Part shown: positions 28,098 to 36,462 of the stretch, piece by piece
Numbering within the stretch: the first letter of the stretch is position 1
How the letters are laid out: every line of letters starts with the position of its first letter
Source of the DNA: Lachnospiraceae bacterium
GTDB taxonomy: Bacteria; Bacillota; Clostridia; Lachnospirales; Lachnospiraceae
Direction of reading: 5' to 3'
Length of the DNA: 64,000 nucleotides
Assembly: GCA_051888775.1 (NCBI GenBank)
Contig: JBJFCE010000050.1
Span: 24,879-88,878 of the forward strand
Position numbers and translations under genes: made by a program
The notes under the pieces: generated by a model
The model's database searches: none
Told to the model about the DNA's origin: nothing
Seen by the model: only the letters and a program-made list of their open reading frames with translations

Positions 28098-29074
28098 TTC
28101 AGATTCTCCTTATACCATTCGATCGCAAGTGCAATACCCTTTGCAAAATCATACTCCGGATCATAGCCGAGAAGCTTTCTCGCCTTGCTGATATCCGCGT
28201 TGGAATGCTTGATGTCTCCGGCGCGATCCGGTCCGAAATTCGGCTCAACGTTTTTCCCAAGCGCCTTGCACAGATCATAGTAAATATCGATCAGATACTC
28301 TCTGCCGCCGTAAGCAATGTTAAATGCATTGCCCGCTGCCTCGGAAGGTGCCAGACAAGCCTTTAAATTTGCTTCAATTACATTGTCAATATAGGTAAAA
28401 TCTCTGGACTGCCTGCCGTCCCCGTTGATCGTCGGTACTTCATCATGCAGAAGCTGTCTGATAAACTTCGGGATCACAGCCGCATAGGCACCGTCCGGAT
28501 CCTGTCTGCGCCCAAATACATTAAAATATCTCATGGCATAGGTATCCAGCCCGTATAACTTTTTATAAAGCTTACCGTATTCCTCATCCACACGCTTAGT
28601 CAGCGCATACGGTGACAGAAGATTTCCTTCCTGTCCTTCCACCTTCGGTAACACCGGATGATCCCCGTATACCGAGGAGCTGGAGGCAAATACGAATTTC
28701 TTTACACCGCATTGTCTGGCAGCTTCCATCATATTCAAAGTGCCCCTGATATTGATCTCTTCATATAAAAGCGGCATTTCGATACTGCGCGGTACACTCC
28801 CCCATGCTGCCTGATTCAACACATAGGTCACACCCTTACATGCTTCCATGCATGTGTCCAGATCCCGGATATCGCCTTTTATAAATGTATAATTCGGTCT
28901 GTCTGCCAGAAAATCCACATTTTCCTGTTTCCCGGTAGATAAGTTGTCCAGACAGCGCACGGTATAGCCCATATCCGTCAATGCTTCACACAGATTCGAA
29001 CCGATAAAGCCCGCACCGCCGGTAACCAGAAATACACTTTCTTGATCAAATTTCAGATTTTTATAGCTCATCAC
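28094..29074 (-). CDS. NAD-dependent nucleotide-sugar 4-epimerase (WbpP/TviC-like)
   Basis: VTGGAGFIGSNLCEAL Rossmann motif, SPYALTK (YxxxK), about 326 aa. Found near a WbpO/TviB-like dehydrogenase. Confidence 0.75.
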   Translation of the reverse strand: MMSYKNLKFDQESVFLVTGGAGFIGSNLCEALTDMGYTVRCLDNLSTGKQENVDFLADRPNYTFIKGDIRDLDTCMEACKGVTYVLNQAAWGSVPRSIEMPLLYEEINIRGTLNMMEAARQCGVKKFVFASSSSVYGDHPVLPKVEGQEGNLLSPYALTKRVDEEYGKLYKKLYGLDTYAMRYFNVFGRRQDPDGAYAAVIPKFIRQLLHDEVPTINGDGRQSRDFTYIDNVIEANLKACLAPSEAAGNAFNIAYGGREYLIDIYYDLCKALGKNVEPNFGPDRAGDIKHSNADISKARKLLGYDPEYDFAKGIALAIEWYKENLK

Positions 29075-30486
29075 TCACAGCTCCTTTTCCAAACTTTCTG
29101 CAGCAATACAAGCCCTGCTACATAAAAGATTGACATATTATAAATCATATACCGCGGCAAACACATGATCGTCAGCCCCGTTGCACAGACATTGGCAGCA
29201 ATCATCACAAGCACCAGTGCCATCATGACGGAAGCGTCCGCATGTCTGCTTCTCTTAAAAAGATACCACATCAAACCGATCGCCACAATATAAATCAGCA
29301 GGGCATACACGGCAAATACCGGATTCAGAACCGCAACCGTCCGGATAAAGCCTCCGCAGATTACATACAGATAAGTCATCAGGAAGTTCCCGACATTCTC
29401 TTTTAACAGACTGATCATATACTGACCTGCCTGCTCATCCATGCAAACCCTGATCTGATCTGCGGTAAGCTCCGAATTCCGCGCCCTCACAGATGCTTCC
29501 AGCTCCGGATACAGAATCTCGAATTTGATCCTGTCATGGCTGTCTTCGTGATACCTGATATTGGCAAGTATCCCTGTCCCTGCATCGGCACTTGTCAGCT
29601 TCTGTTCCTGCATCTGTGCATGGATCTTTAACAGCAGCGCGCCATCTTCCTCCGGCAGACTTTCTGCTGCCTTCCGGATATCTTCTTCGCTTGCGGAATA
29701 GATCACATTGGTCAGAATCGTCATATTGCCGCCTGTATTGCCGCAGCACACACCATACATGACCTCATTGTATTGTTCGATCAGCAGTGACCGGGCACCA
29801 AATGCGCCGAATGTCACCAGTATCACCACAACCACTCCTGCACATTTTTTCCGCCACCCGGATGTATGTCGGCATAATACAATCACGGTAAACAGCATCC
29901 ACAAAAGCAGCATTGGCATCATCTGCCCTCTGGCAAGCGTTGTAAGGAACGCAACAAACAGAGAACACACGGCATAGCGGATCTTTTTTTCCTCCAGACA
30001 CATGTTCAGTATCAGTACAAAAAACAGCTGATACAGCGTCAGTGTAATCCCCTCGCTTAAAATCGCATCTGTCAAGATAATTCCCGAAGGAGTCAGCAAT
30101 CTCGACAGGATATGTGGCACCAATAGTACTGCGATCATTCCCCATTGAAACAGCATATTCAGACGAAACCGTTTACAGATATAATGATACAGATACCATG
30201 TCACGAGAAAAGCAAACAGATTCTGCGTTATGATAACCGCCCACAAATAACCGCTCCCGAACACTGCACGAAACGCCTTTAAGAGAAGCGGATACAGCGG
30301 CTCCCTGTCTATGCTGCCTTCTATATAAGTAACGGAGTCCGGATATTCCCCGACTCCGAAACAGATGCATAAAAAGCAGAAAAAGGCACCAATGACAATA
30401 GGTGCCAAAATCTTCCCATATGAAGTTTTTTTATGGGGACGCATTCCCCGGTTTTCCAAGCTTTGATTCATTCTTTTTTCCCGCAA
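29071..30486 (-). CDS. polytopic membrane protein of unknown function (candidate polymerase or GT-C)
   Basis: 471 aa with many hydrophobic spans. First loop is VGEYPDSVTYIEGSIDREPLYPLL. No family recognised with confidence. Confidence 0.4.
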   Translation of the reverse strand: MREKRMNQSLENRGMRPHKKTSYGKILAPIVIGAFFCFLCICFGVGEYPDSVTYIEGSIDREPLYPLLLKAFRAVFGSGYLWAVIITQNLFAFLVTWYLYHYICKRFRLNMLFQWGMIAVLLVPHILSRLLTPSGIILTDAILSEGITLTLYQLFFVLILNMCLEEKKIRYAVCSLFVAFLTTLARGQMMPMLLLWMLFTVIVLCRHTSGWRKKCAGVVVVILVTFGAFGARSLLIEQYNEVMYGVCCGNTGGNMTILTNVIYSASEEDIRKAAESLPEEDGALLLKIHAQMQEQKLTSADAGTGILANIRYHEDSHDRIKFEILYPELEASVRARNSELTADQIRVCMDEQAGQYMISLLKENVGNFLMTYLYVICGGFIRTVAVLNPVFAVYALLIYIVAIGLMWYLFKRSRHADASVMMALVLVMIAANVCATGLTIMCLPRYMIYNMSIFYVAGLVLLQKVWKRSCE

Positions 30487-30494
30487 ATGCCTCT

Positions 30495-31811
30495 TTATAA
30501 TCTCCAGTACAAATATCCCGCCTGTTCATATGCTTTTCTGTCAAACAGACCCTTGATATCGGACAATACCTTTACCTTATGCTCGGGTGCATACATCTGT
30601 GTGATCTGCTCCATCGTCAGGGCACGGTATGCCTCATGTGCTACTGCCAGAATAACCGCATCCATATTTCGGACGTCGGATAATCCGAACAACCGGATAC
30701 CGTACTCACGCTCTGTTTCCGCACTCTCCGCAACAGGATCCGTGACCACGGGCTCTATTCCGTACTCACGCAGCTCCTTTACAATATCGATCACCTTGCT
30801 GTTTCTCGTATCCGGACAATTCTCTTTAAAGGTAAATCCTAAAATTGCAACCTTTGCATTCTTGACCGAAATATCTGCCTTGATCAGATTTTTGACAAGA
30901 CTCTCCGCAACATATTTCCCCATATCATCATTGATGCGTCTGCCCGATAAGATGATCTGGGAATGATAACCGAGCTGCTCTGCCTTATAGGTCAGATAAT
31001 AGGGATCCACACCGATACAGTGTCCGCCTACCAGACCCGGTTCAAATTTCAAGAAATTCCACTTCGTTCCTGCTGCCTTTAATACCGATTTGGTATCAAT
31101 ACCCATTTTATTAAAGATAATGGACAGCTCATTCATAAACGCAATATTGATATCCCGCTGGCTGTTCTCGATGACCTTGGCTGCCTCGGCTACCTTGATA
31201 GACTCCGCGCGATGCACGCCGGCATCCACCACAAGCTCGTACACCTTTGCAACCTCTTCCAATGTTTCTTCATCCATACCGGATACAATCTTCGTGATCG
31301 TCTCCAGTCTGTGTACCTTATCTCCCGGATTGATACGTTCCGGAGAATAACCGATCTTAAAATCCACACCGCAGGTCAGTCCGGATTCTTTTTCCAGAAT
31401 CGGCACTGCTACTTCCTCTGTCACACCGGGATATACCGTGGATTCAAATACGACAATTGAGCCCTTCGGCAGATTGCGTCCAAGGATCGTACTTGCCCCC
31501 TCAATCGGGGAAAGATCCGGAGTATGATCGGGATTGACCGGAGTCGGTACTGCCACGATAAAGAATTTTGCTTCCCGAAGCTTGCTTTCATCTGCAGTAA
31601 ATTCTACGCTGCAAGATTTGATCGCTTCATCTCCGACCTCACAGGTCGGGTCAATTCCGCTTTGATATTTCTCGATTTTTGCCTTATTCAAGTCAAATCC
31701 GATCACCTTGACTTTTTTTGAAAAAGCAACCGCAATCGGCATCCCGACATAGCCGAGCCCTACCAATGCGATCTTTTCTTCTCCGTTTACAATCTTCTCG
31801 TACAGACTCAT
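30495..31811 (-). CDS. UDP-N-acetyl-hexosamine 6-dehydrogenase (WbpO/TviB/Cap5O-like)
   Basis: KIALVGLGYVGMPIAVAF Rossmann motif and catalytic-Cys block LVGGHCIGVDPYYL. 438 aa. Confidence 0.8.
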   Translation of the reverse strand: MSLYEKIVNGEEKIALVGLGYVGMPIAVAFSKKVKVIGFDLNKAKIEKYQSGIDPTCEVGDEAIKSCSVEFTADESKLREAKFFIVAVPTPVNPDHTPDLSPIEGASTILGRNLPKGSIVVFESTVYPGVTEEVAVPILEKESGLTCGVDFKIGYSPERINPGDKVHRLETITKIVSGMDEETLEEVAKVYELVVDAGVHRAESIKVAEAAKVIENSQRDINIAFMNELSIIFNKMGIDTKSVLKAAGTKWNFLKFEPGLVGGHCIGVDPYYLTYKAEQLGYHSQIILSGRRINDDMGKYVAESLVKNLIKADISVKNAKVAILGFTFKENCPDTRNSKVIDIVKELREYGIEPVVTDPVAESAETEREYGIRLFGLSDVRNMDAVILAVAHEAYRALTMEQITQMYAPEHKVKVLSDIKGLFDRKAYEQAGYLYWRL

Positions 31812-31829
31812 TTCTATTCCTCCCGTATT

Positions 31830-32963
31830 TTACTCTGCCAGAATCCTCTCAAGCTCCGCCAGATATGTGTCTACAACAATCTTTCTGTCAAATTCCCGTT
31901 CCATTTTCTCTCTTGCCGCAAGCCCCATCTGCTTACGCTGTTCATAGGGCATTGCCAGAAACTGCCGAACCGCCCGAATCAGATCCGCACTGTCCTGCTC
32001 TTTTATCAAAAGTCCGGTCTTACCGTCCTCAATAGTATCCCGGCATCCGGGTCTGTCCGTGGTGATCACGGGACGACCGCTTGCCGCACTTTCCAGACAT
32101 ACATTAGACATTCCCTCCGGGTAAAAAGACGGATGCACCGTGCACTGGCTTTTCTGCAAAAACGGCTTAATATCCTCAAGCATTCCTTCAAAGGTAAGAA
32201 CACCTTTTTCCTCCAGCCCGCGGATCCTGTTTCGATAGGAATCCGGTTCACTGTCATCATCCTCGCAAAAGCCAAGGATATGGAACTCTGTCTCCGGATA
32301 CTCTTTCTTGATCACTTCTGCCATTTCCATGAACTGGTCAATCCCCTTTTCCTTCATGACACGGGAAATAAACAGCATGGAAATCGGAGCATCCTCTGGG
32401 GGATATTCCAGATACCGAAACCGTTCCAGATTGACACCGGAGCCGGGGATCCTTTTATGCCTGCCCGGTGCGATCTTCTGTTCGGTAAAAAACGCTTCAT
32501 TCGTCTCGTTTTGGAAAAACAGGCATGAGACACCGCGCATTGCATGTCGGTACATCCGAACCGTCAGTTTTTGCAAAAGCCCGTCTCCTTCCACCGCAGT
32601 CCCAAGCCCGGTAATATTCGTAATGTATGGGATCTTTTTTGAAGCCAGTATGGAGCCTGCATAAATATTGGGCTTGATCGTATAGGTCAGCGCTACATCA
32701 GGCTGCACCTCTTTGATAATCTCACGATAGCGACGGATCAACTGTAACTCATGAAATGGGTTCATCCCACGCCGCTCCAGTCTGGTTTCATGGAAAATAC
32801 AGCCCATTTCTACAAGCTTTGGTATGAATTCTCCGTCCGGCAGTGCGATATGCACCTCATACGGCACCTTTAACAGCGCTTCTAACAGCTCCCGTCTGAA
32901 ATTGTAAAGTCCTACATCCAGATTGGCAAGGATCAATAGCTTCTTCATAACTCCTATCCTCAC
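31830..32963 (-). CDS. glycosyltransferase family 4 (PglA/WbuB-like)
   Basis: KKLLILANLDVGLYNFRRELLEALL...PSFYPEGMSNVCLESAASGRPVITTDRPGCRDTI. The start may be ATG 32948. Confidence 0.8.
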   Translation of the reverse strand: MRIGVMKKLLILANLDVGLYNFRRELLEALLKVPYEVHIALPDGEFIPKLVEMGCIFHETRLERRGMNPFHELQLIRRYREIIKEVQPDVALTYTIKPNIYAGSILASKKIPYITNITGLGTAVEGDGLLQKLTVRMYRHAMRGVSCLFFQNETNEAFFTEQKIAPGRHKRIPGSGVNLERFRYLEYPPEDAPISMLFISRVMKEKGIDQFMEMAEVIKKEYPETEFHILGFCEDDDSEPDSYRNRIRGLEEKGVLTFEGMLEDIKPFLQKSQCTVHPSFYPEGMSNVCLESAASGRPVITTDRPGCRDTIEDGKTGLLIKEQDSADLIRAVRQFLAMPYEQRKQMGLAAREKMEREFDRKIVVDTYLAELERILAE

Positions 32964-34036
32964 GCATCCCCGGCAGGTGCCAGATCTCGGTATGCCGGGA
33001 AAAATCCTGTCTCTTTCCTGCCGTTATTTAACTCCCACAGGCGGTTGTAGACCGGCTCATTGACGATCATTCTGCCGATGGAAAACCGACAGTCCTCCTG
33101 TCTGTTAAACTGTTTCTTAAAACTGTATAAATGATCCATACGGCTTCCGAGGCCACCGCCGAGATGGAATGTCTTCATTCCGATATTGCAGCCAAAGCAT
33201 GCCGCTTCATAAAGGATCAGATTGGTCGGCGCATAGCTCTGATACTCCCGTTTGGATGCCGACAGATGATAATGCATCGCACCATTTCCGAACATGACGA
33301 TCGACATGGCAATGATCTCGTCATGAAGCTTTGCATAAAAAACAAGCGCCTGCTCCTTTAAGTCGTTTAAAATACTGTCATAGAATTCTTTTTTAAAATA
33401 ATAATAGCTATCCGCACCGACTTTATCCATCGTTGCGTTATAAATCTTCTCAAACTCCGCAAACAGCGACGGCTCCCTGCCCCAATAGACAGCCACACCG
33501 GATTTTTGTGCCTTGCGGATCATATTGCGGTTTTTGCTCGACAGATTCGCCCAGATCGTCTCTTTGGACGAAACATCCATACACACGGTATTCCCGAGAT
33601 CAATCACTTCATACAGGCATTCCATATCATGTGCATTGTCGATCACCGGATGATAGCGGTTAAACTCCGCTACGATTTTATGATCCCTGCAAAAATCACG
33701 GTATGCATGTGCCAACGCTTCCTTCTCAGCCTCAGAAGTGTCTCCCTGCAGCAAAAAACCGCCGTAGCCGTAGGGCGTAACAAAATCGCTGTATCCCTTA
33801 AGCTCTTCATCCTCCGGGCGCTCAACGGTAAGTACGGGTACCGGACGCTTCATCACGATGTTCATCGCCTGCATCCGCTCACCCGGATAGTATAACAATA
33901 GCGGCTCTCCGTCTCCGTTTACCTGAAATGCTTTCACATAGCCCGGAGTAAAATAGACATCATGCTGCGGGAACTGCGCAAGTACCCGGTTCCACTCTTC
34001 TTCCTTTGTCAGATCGATGATCCTGATTCCAGTCAT
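32960..34036 (-). CDS. FemAB-family (peptidoglycan-bridge-type) transferase homolog, copy 2
   Basis: 358 aa. DVYFTPGYVKAF...SSKNRNMIRKAQKSGV...HYHLSASKREYQSYAPTNLILYEAACFG...FHLGGGLG...LYSFKKQFN: full-length FemX/FemAB-like architecture. Confidence 0.6.
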   Translation of the reverse strand: MTGIRIIDLTKEEEWNRVLAQFPQHDVYFTPGYVKAFQVNGDGEPLLLYYPGERMQAMNIVMKRPVPVLTVERPEDEELKGYSDFVTPYGYGGFLLQGDTSEAEKEALAHAYRDFCRDHKIVAEFNRYHPVIDNAHDMECLYEVIDLGNTVCMDVSSKETIWANLSSKNRNMIRKAQKSGVAVYWGREPSLFAEFEKIYNATMDKVGADSYYYFKKEFYDSILNDLKEQALVFYAKLHDEIIAMSIVMFGNGAMHYHLSASKREYQSYAPTNLILYEAACFGCNIGMKTFHLGGGLGSRMDHLYSFKKQFNRQEDCRFSIGRMIVNEPVYNRLWELNNGRKETGFFPAYRDLAPAGDA

Positions 34037-34066
34037 AAGGCTTCCTTCCCTACTTTTCCATGTGAG

Positions 34067-34140
34067 TTTCTGCTTTATCTGCCCTGCTTTGCCGCATGGA
34101 TTTCTGGTTTATCTTCCCTGCTTTGCCGCACGGATTTCTG
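34067..34140. repeat. 34-bp tandem direct repeat (2 copies plus 6 nt) spanning a gene's 3' end
   Basis: 34067-34100 (tttctgctttatctgccctgctttgccgcatgga) and 34101-34134 (tttctggtttatcttccctgctttgccgcacgga) are identical at 31 of 34 positions. 34135-34140 repeats tttctg. Copy 2 contains the last codons and the stop of ORF 34109-34735. Confidence 0.9.
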
Positions 34141-34735
34141 CCAGATTTCCTTCAATATCATCCGTGACCTCCGCCACTTCATCGCTTTTTCCGAATACGA
34201 CTTTTACGGTCATCCAAAGCACCTTAACATCCATGGCAAAGCTCAAATGCTCCACATATTCCACGTCCTTTTCCAGACGTTTATCCCATTCAATGTAATT
34301 CCTGCCGCTCACCTGTGCAAGTCCGGTCAGTCCCGGACGCACTGTATGGCGCAGCTTCTCACGCTCCGTATACCACGGCAGATAACTGACTAACAGAGGG
34401 CGCGGTCCGATCAGACTCATATCGCCTTTAAAAATGTTCCAAAGCTCCGGCAGTTCATCCAGACTGGTCTTTCTGAGAAACAGACCAAACTTCGTCAGAC
34501 GCTCACTGTCCGGCAAAAGCTCCCCGTTCTCATCCCTTGCATCCGTCATGGTACGGAACTTGCAAAGCGTAAAGATCTTCTCATGATAGCCCGGTCTCTT
34601 CTGATGAAAGATCACCGGACTTCCAAGTTTCACGCGCACCAGTACCGCTACAATCAGATAGACGGGGCTTAAAATCAGCATGCCGAAAAGTGATATGAAA
34701 ATGTCAAGCAGGCGTTTGATACAATGTTGGTACAT
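34109..34735 (-). CDS. PglC/WcfS-type small monotopic phosphoglycosyl transferase
   Basis: 208 aa. KRLLDIFISLFGMLILSPVYLIVAVLV...KFRTM...LDELPELWNIFKGDMSLIGPRP...PGLTGLAQVSGRN. Confidence 0.85.
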   Translation of the reverse strand: MYQHCIKRLLDIFISLFGMLILSPVYLIVAVLVRVKLGSPVIFHQKRPGYHEKIFTLCKFRTMTDARDENGELLPDSERLTKFGLFLRKTSLDELPELWNIFKGDMSLIGPRPLLVSYLPWYTEREKLRHTVRPGLTGLAQVSGRNYIEWDKRLEKDVEYVEHLSFAMDVKVLWMTVKVVFGKSDEVAEVTDDIEGNLAEIRAAKQGR

Positions 34736-34765
34736 GGTAGATCCTTTCGTGTTGGTTTACGGAAC

Positions 34766-34918
34766 GGGATGGCCGGCAGGGCAGATGGTTTTAGGTGTAA
34801 GACACGCTCTCGCTCAGTTTCAAACGCAGCGGTACATAAGGCAGTAAAATACACTGCCTAAGTACCGGCGTTTTCAAATGGTCTTACACCCAAAACCATC
34901 TGTCCTGCCGGCCATCCC
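34766..34918. repeat. long-hairpin intergenic element E5 (A-like core)
   Basis: Arms 34766-34803 and 34881-34918 are complementary at 36 of 38 positions. Core 34804-34880 contains ...cgctcagtttcaaacgcagcggtacataaggcagtaaaatacactgcctaagtaccggcgttttcaaatg. Confidence 0.9.
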
Positions 34919-35019
34919 TGCTCGTTCTGATCCTGCATGCGAAATGCCATGTGTTTACAAATAATATTTCTGCACATGATGTTTCACTGTCTGCAATATG
35001 GTTGTTGGCAGTTTGCCCC

Positions 35020-35274
35020 GTGTCCGGTCAAGGCGGGTTCACAGCGGATGCGATCATTCGTTCTATAGGGCTTACGGATGGTATGCGATGGTATCTTGTG
35101 TCTGGAGGTCCTTGAAAAACGCCGGCACTTAGCGAGGTATTTTCGAGCTTAGTGTCCGTTGCGTTTTTCACGGAGTGAGAACGTGCCGACAGACACATGA
35201 TACCATCACATACCATCCGCAAGCTCTATAGAACGAATGATCGCATCTGCTGCGAACCTGTCTTGACCGGACAC
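35020..35274. repeat. long-hairpin intergenic element E6 (B-type core, longest arms)
   Basis: Arms 35020-35104 and 35190-35274 are complementary at about 77 of 85 positions. Core 35105-35189 is related to E1 and E4. Confidence 0.9.
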
Positions 35275-35295
35275 ACCTGAGACAGCCTCATTTTC

Positions 35296-36438
35296 CTACT
35301 GAAACATCTCCCGGATCAGTCCGATGATCAGCTCCATATCCTCCGGTGTATTCTTGATATCGCTGGGTAAGCACACACCACGCCGGAAGATCTCCTCAGA
35401 AACGCTTTCCTTCCCTCCGTCATGTGTGAAGAAATCGTAACCTTCAAACACCGGCTGCAGATGCATCGGTTTCCAGATCGGTCTGCTTTCAATATTGTAT
35501 TCTGCCAGACAATCCATAAGTGCATCGGGTGTCACATTGCTTTTTTCATCAATCGTAATACAGGACAGCCAGTTATTGGCAACACCGTCCGGATTCATCG
35601 GATTCATCCGAATCTGCGGGATATCTGCAAAAGCTTCCTCATACTGCCTATAAATCGCCTGTTTTTTTGCAATATGCTCATCCAGATGCAACAACTGTCC
35701 TCTGCCGATTCCGGCTGTAATGTTGCTCATACGATAATTATACCCGATTTGGGAATGCTGATAATATCTTGCCGGATCTCTTGCCTGCGTGGACAGGAAT
35801 CTTGCCTTTTTAATTGCTTCTTCATCATCGGATACCAGCATGCCGCCACCCGAAGTCGTAATGATCTTATTTCCGTTAAAGGAATAAATGCCGAATCTGC
35901 CAAAGGTTCCCGTCTGTCTTCCCTTATACGTCGCACCGAGTGCCTCTGCCGCATCTTCGATATAAGGAACTCCATGTTCCGCACAGATTGCTCTCAGTTC
36001 ATCGATCTTTCCCGGCGTTCCGTATAAATACACAGAAACCACTGCTTTGGCCTGCGGATATTTTTCAAATGCACGTCTGAGCGCCTCCGGAGACATGTTC
36101 CAGGTATCCGGTTCACAATCAATAAAGACCGGAACTGCCTTTTCATAGACAATCGGATTACAGGTCGCCGAAAAGGTCAGACTTGATGCAAATACAATAT
36201 CTCCTTCTTTGATCCCTGCAAGCTTTAACGCCAGGTGGATCGCTGCCGTTCCGGCACTCAGGGCTGCTCCGTATCCAGCTCCCGTATACGCACACATTTC
36301 TTTTTCCAGCGCATCTACGTTCGGTCCGAGAGGAGCCACCCAGTTGGTATCAAATGCCTCCTGCACAAACCTCTGCTCGTCACCATGCATCGTAGGACTG
36401 GATAAATAAATTCTCTTTCTGTCCATATTCGTCTCCAT
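35296..36438 (-). CDS. DegT/DnrJ/EryC1-family sugar aminotransferase (PglE/WcfR/EpsN-like)
   Basis: IYLSSPTMHGDEQRFVQEAFDTNWVAPLGPNV... and the PLP-lysine block YSFNGNKIITTSGGGMLV. The start may be ATG 36426. Confidence 0.8.
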   Translation of the reverse strand: METNMDRKRIYLSSPTMHGDEQRFVQEAFDTNWVAPLGPNVDALEKEMCAYTGAGYGAALSAGTAAIHLALKLAGIKEGDIVFASSLTFSATCNPIVYEKAVPVFIDCEPDTWNMSPEALRRAFEKYPQAKAVVSVYLYGTPGKIDELRAICAEHGVPYIEDAAEALGATYKGRQTGTFGRFGIYSFNGNKIITTSGGGMLVSDDEEAIKKARFLSTQARDPARYYQHSQIGYNYRMSNITAGIGRGQLLHLDEHIAKKQAIYRQYEEAFADIPQIRMNPMNPDGVANNWLSCITIDEKSNVTPDALMDCLAEYNIESRPIWKPMHLQPVFEGYDFFTHDGGKESVSEEIFRRGVCLPSDIKNTPEDMELIIGLIREMFQ

Positions 36439-36462
36439 TCCGATCAGCGTGATTTCTCACGA

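Noticed and set aside
34919-35019. Promoter in the 101-bp spacer between E5 and E6
   Set aside because: There is only a TATTAT with no acceptable -35 at 16-18 nt and no TG extension. That is too weak to call as a feature. It is mentioned only as an open question in the findings.
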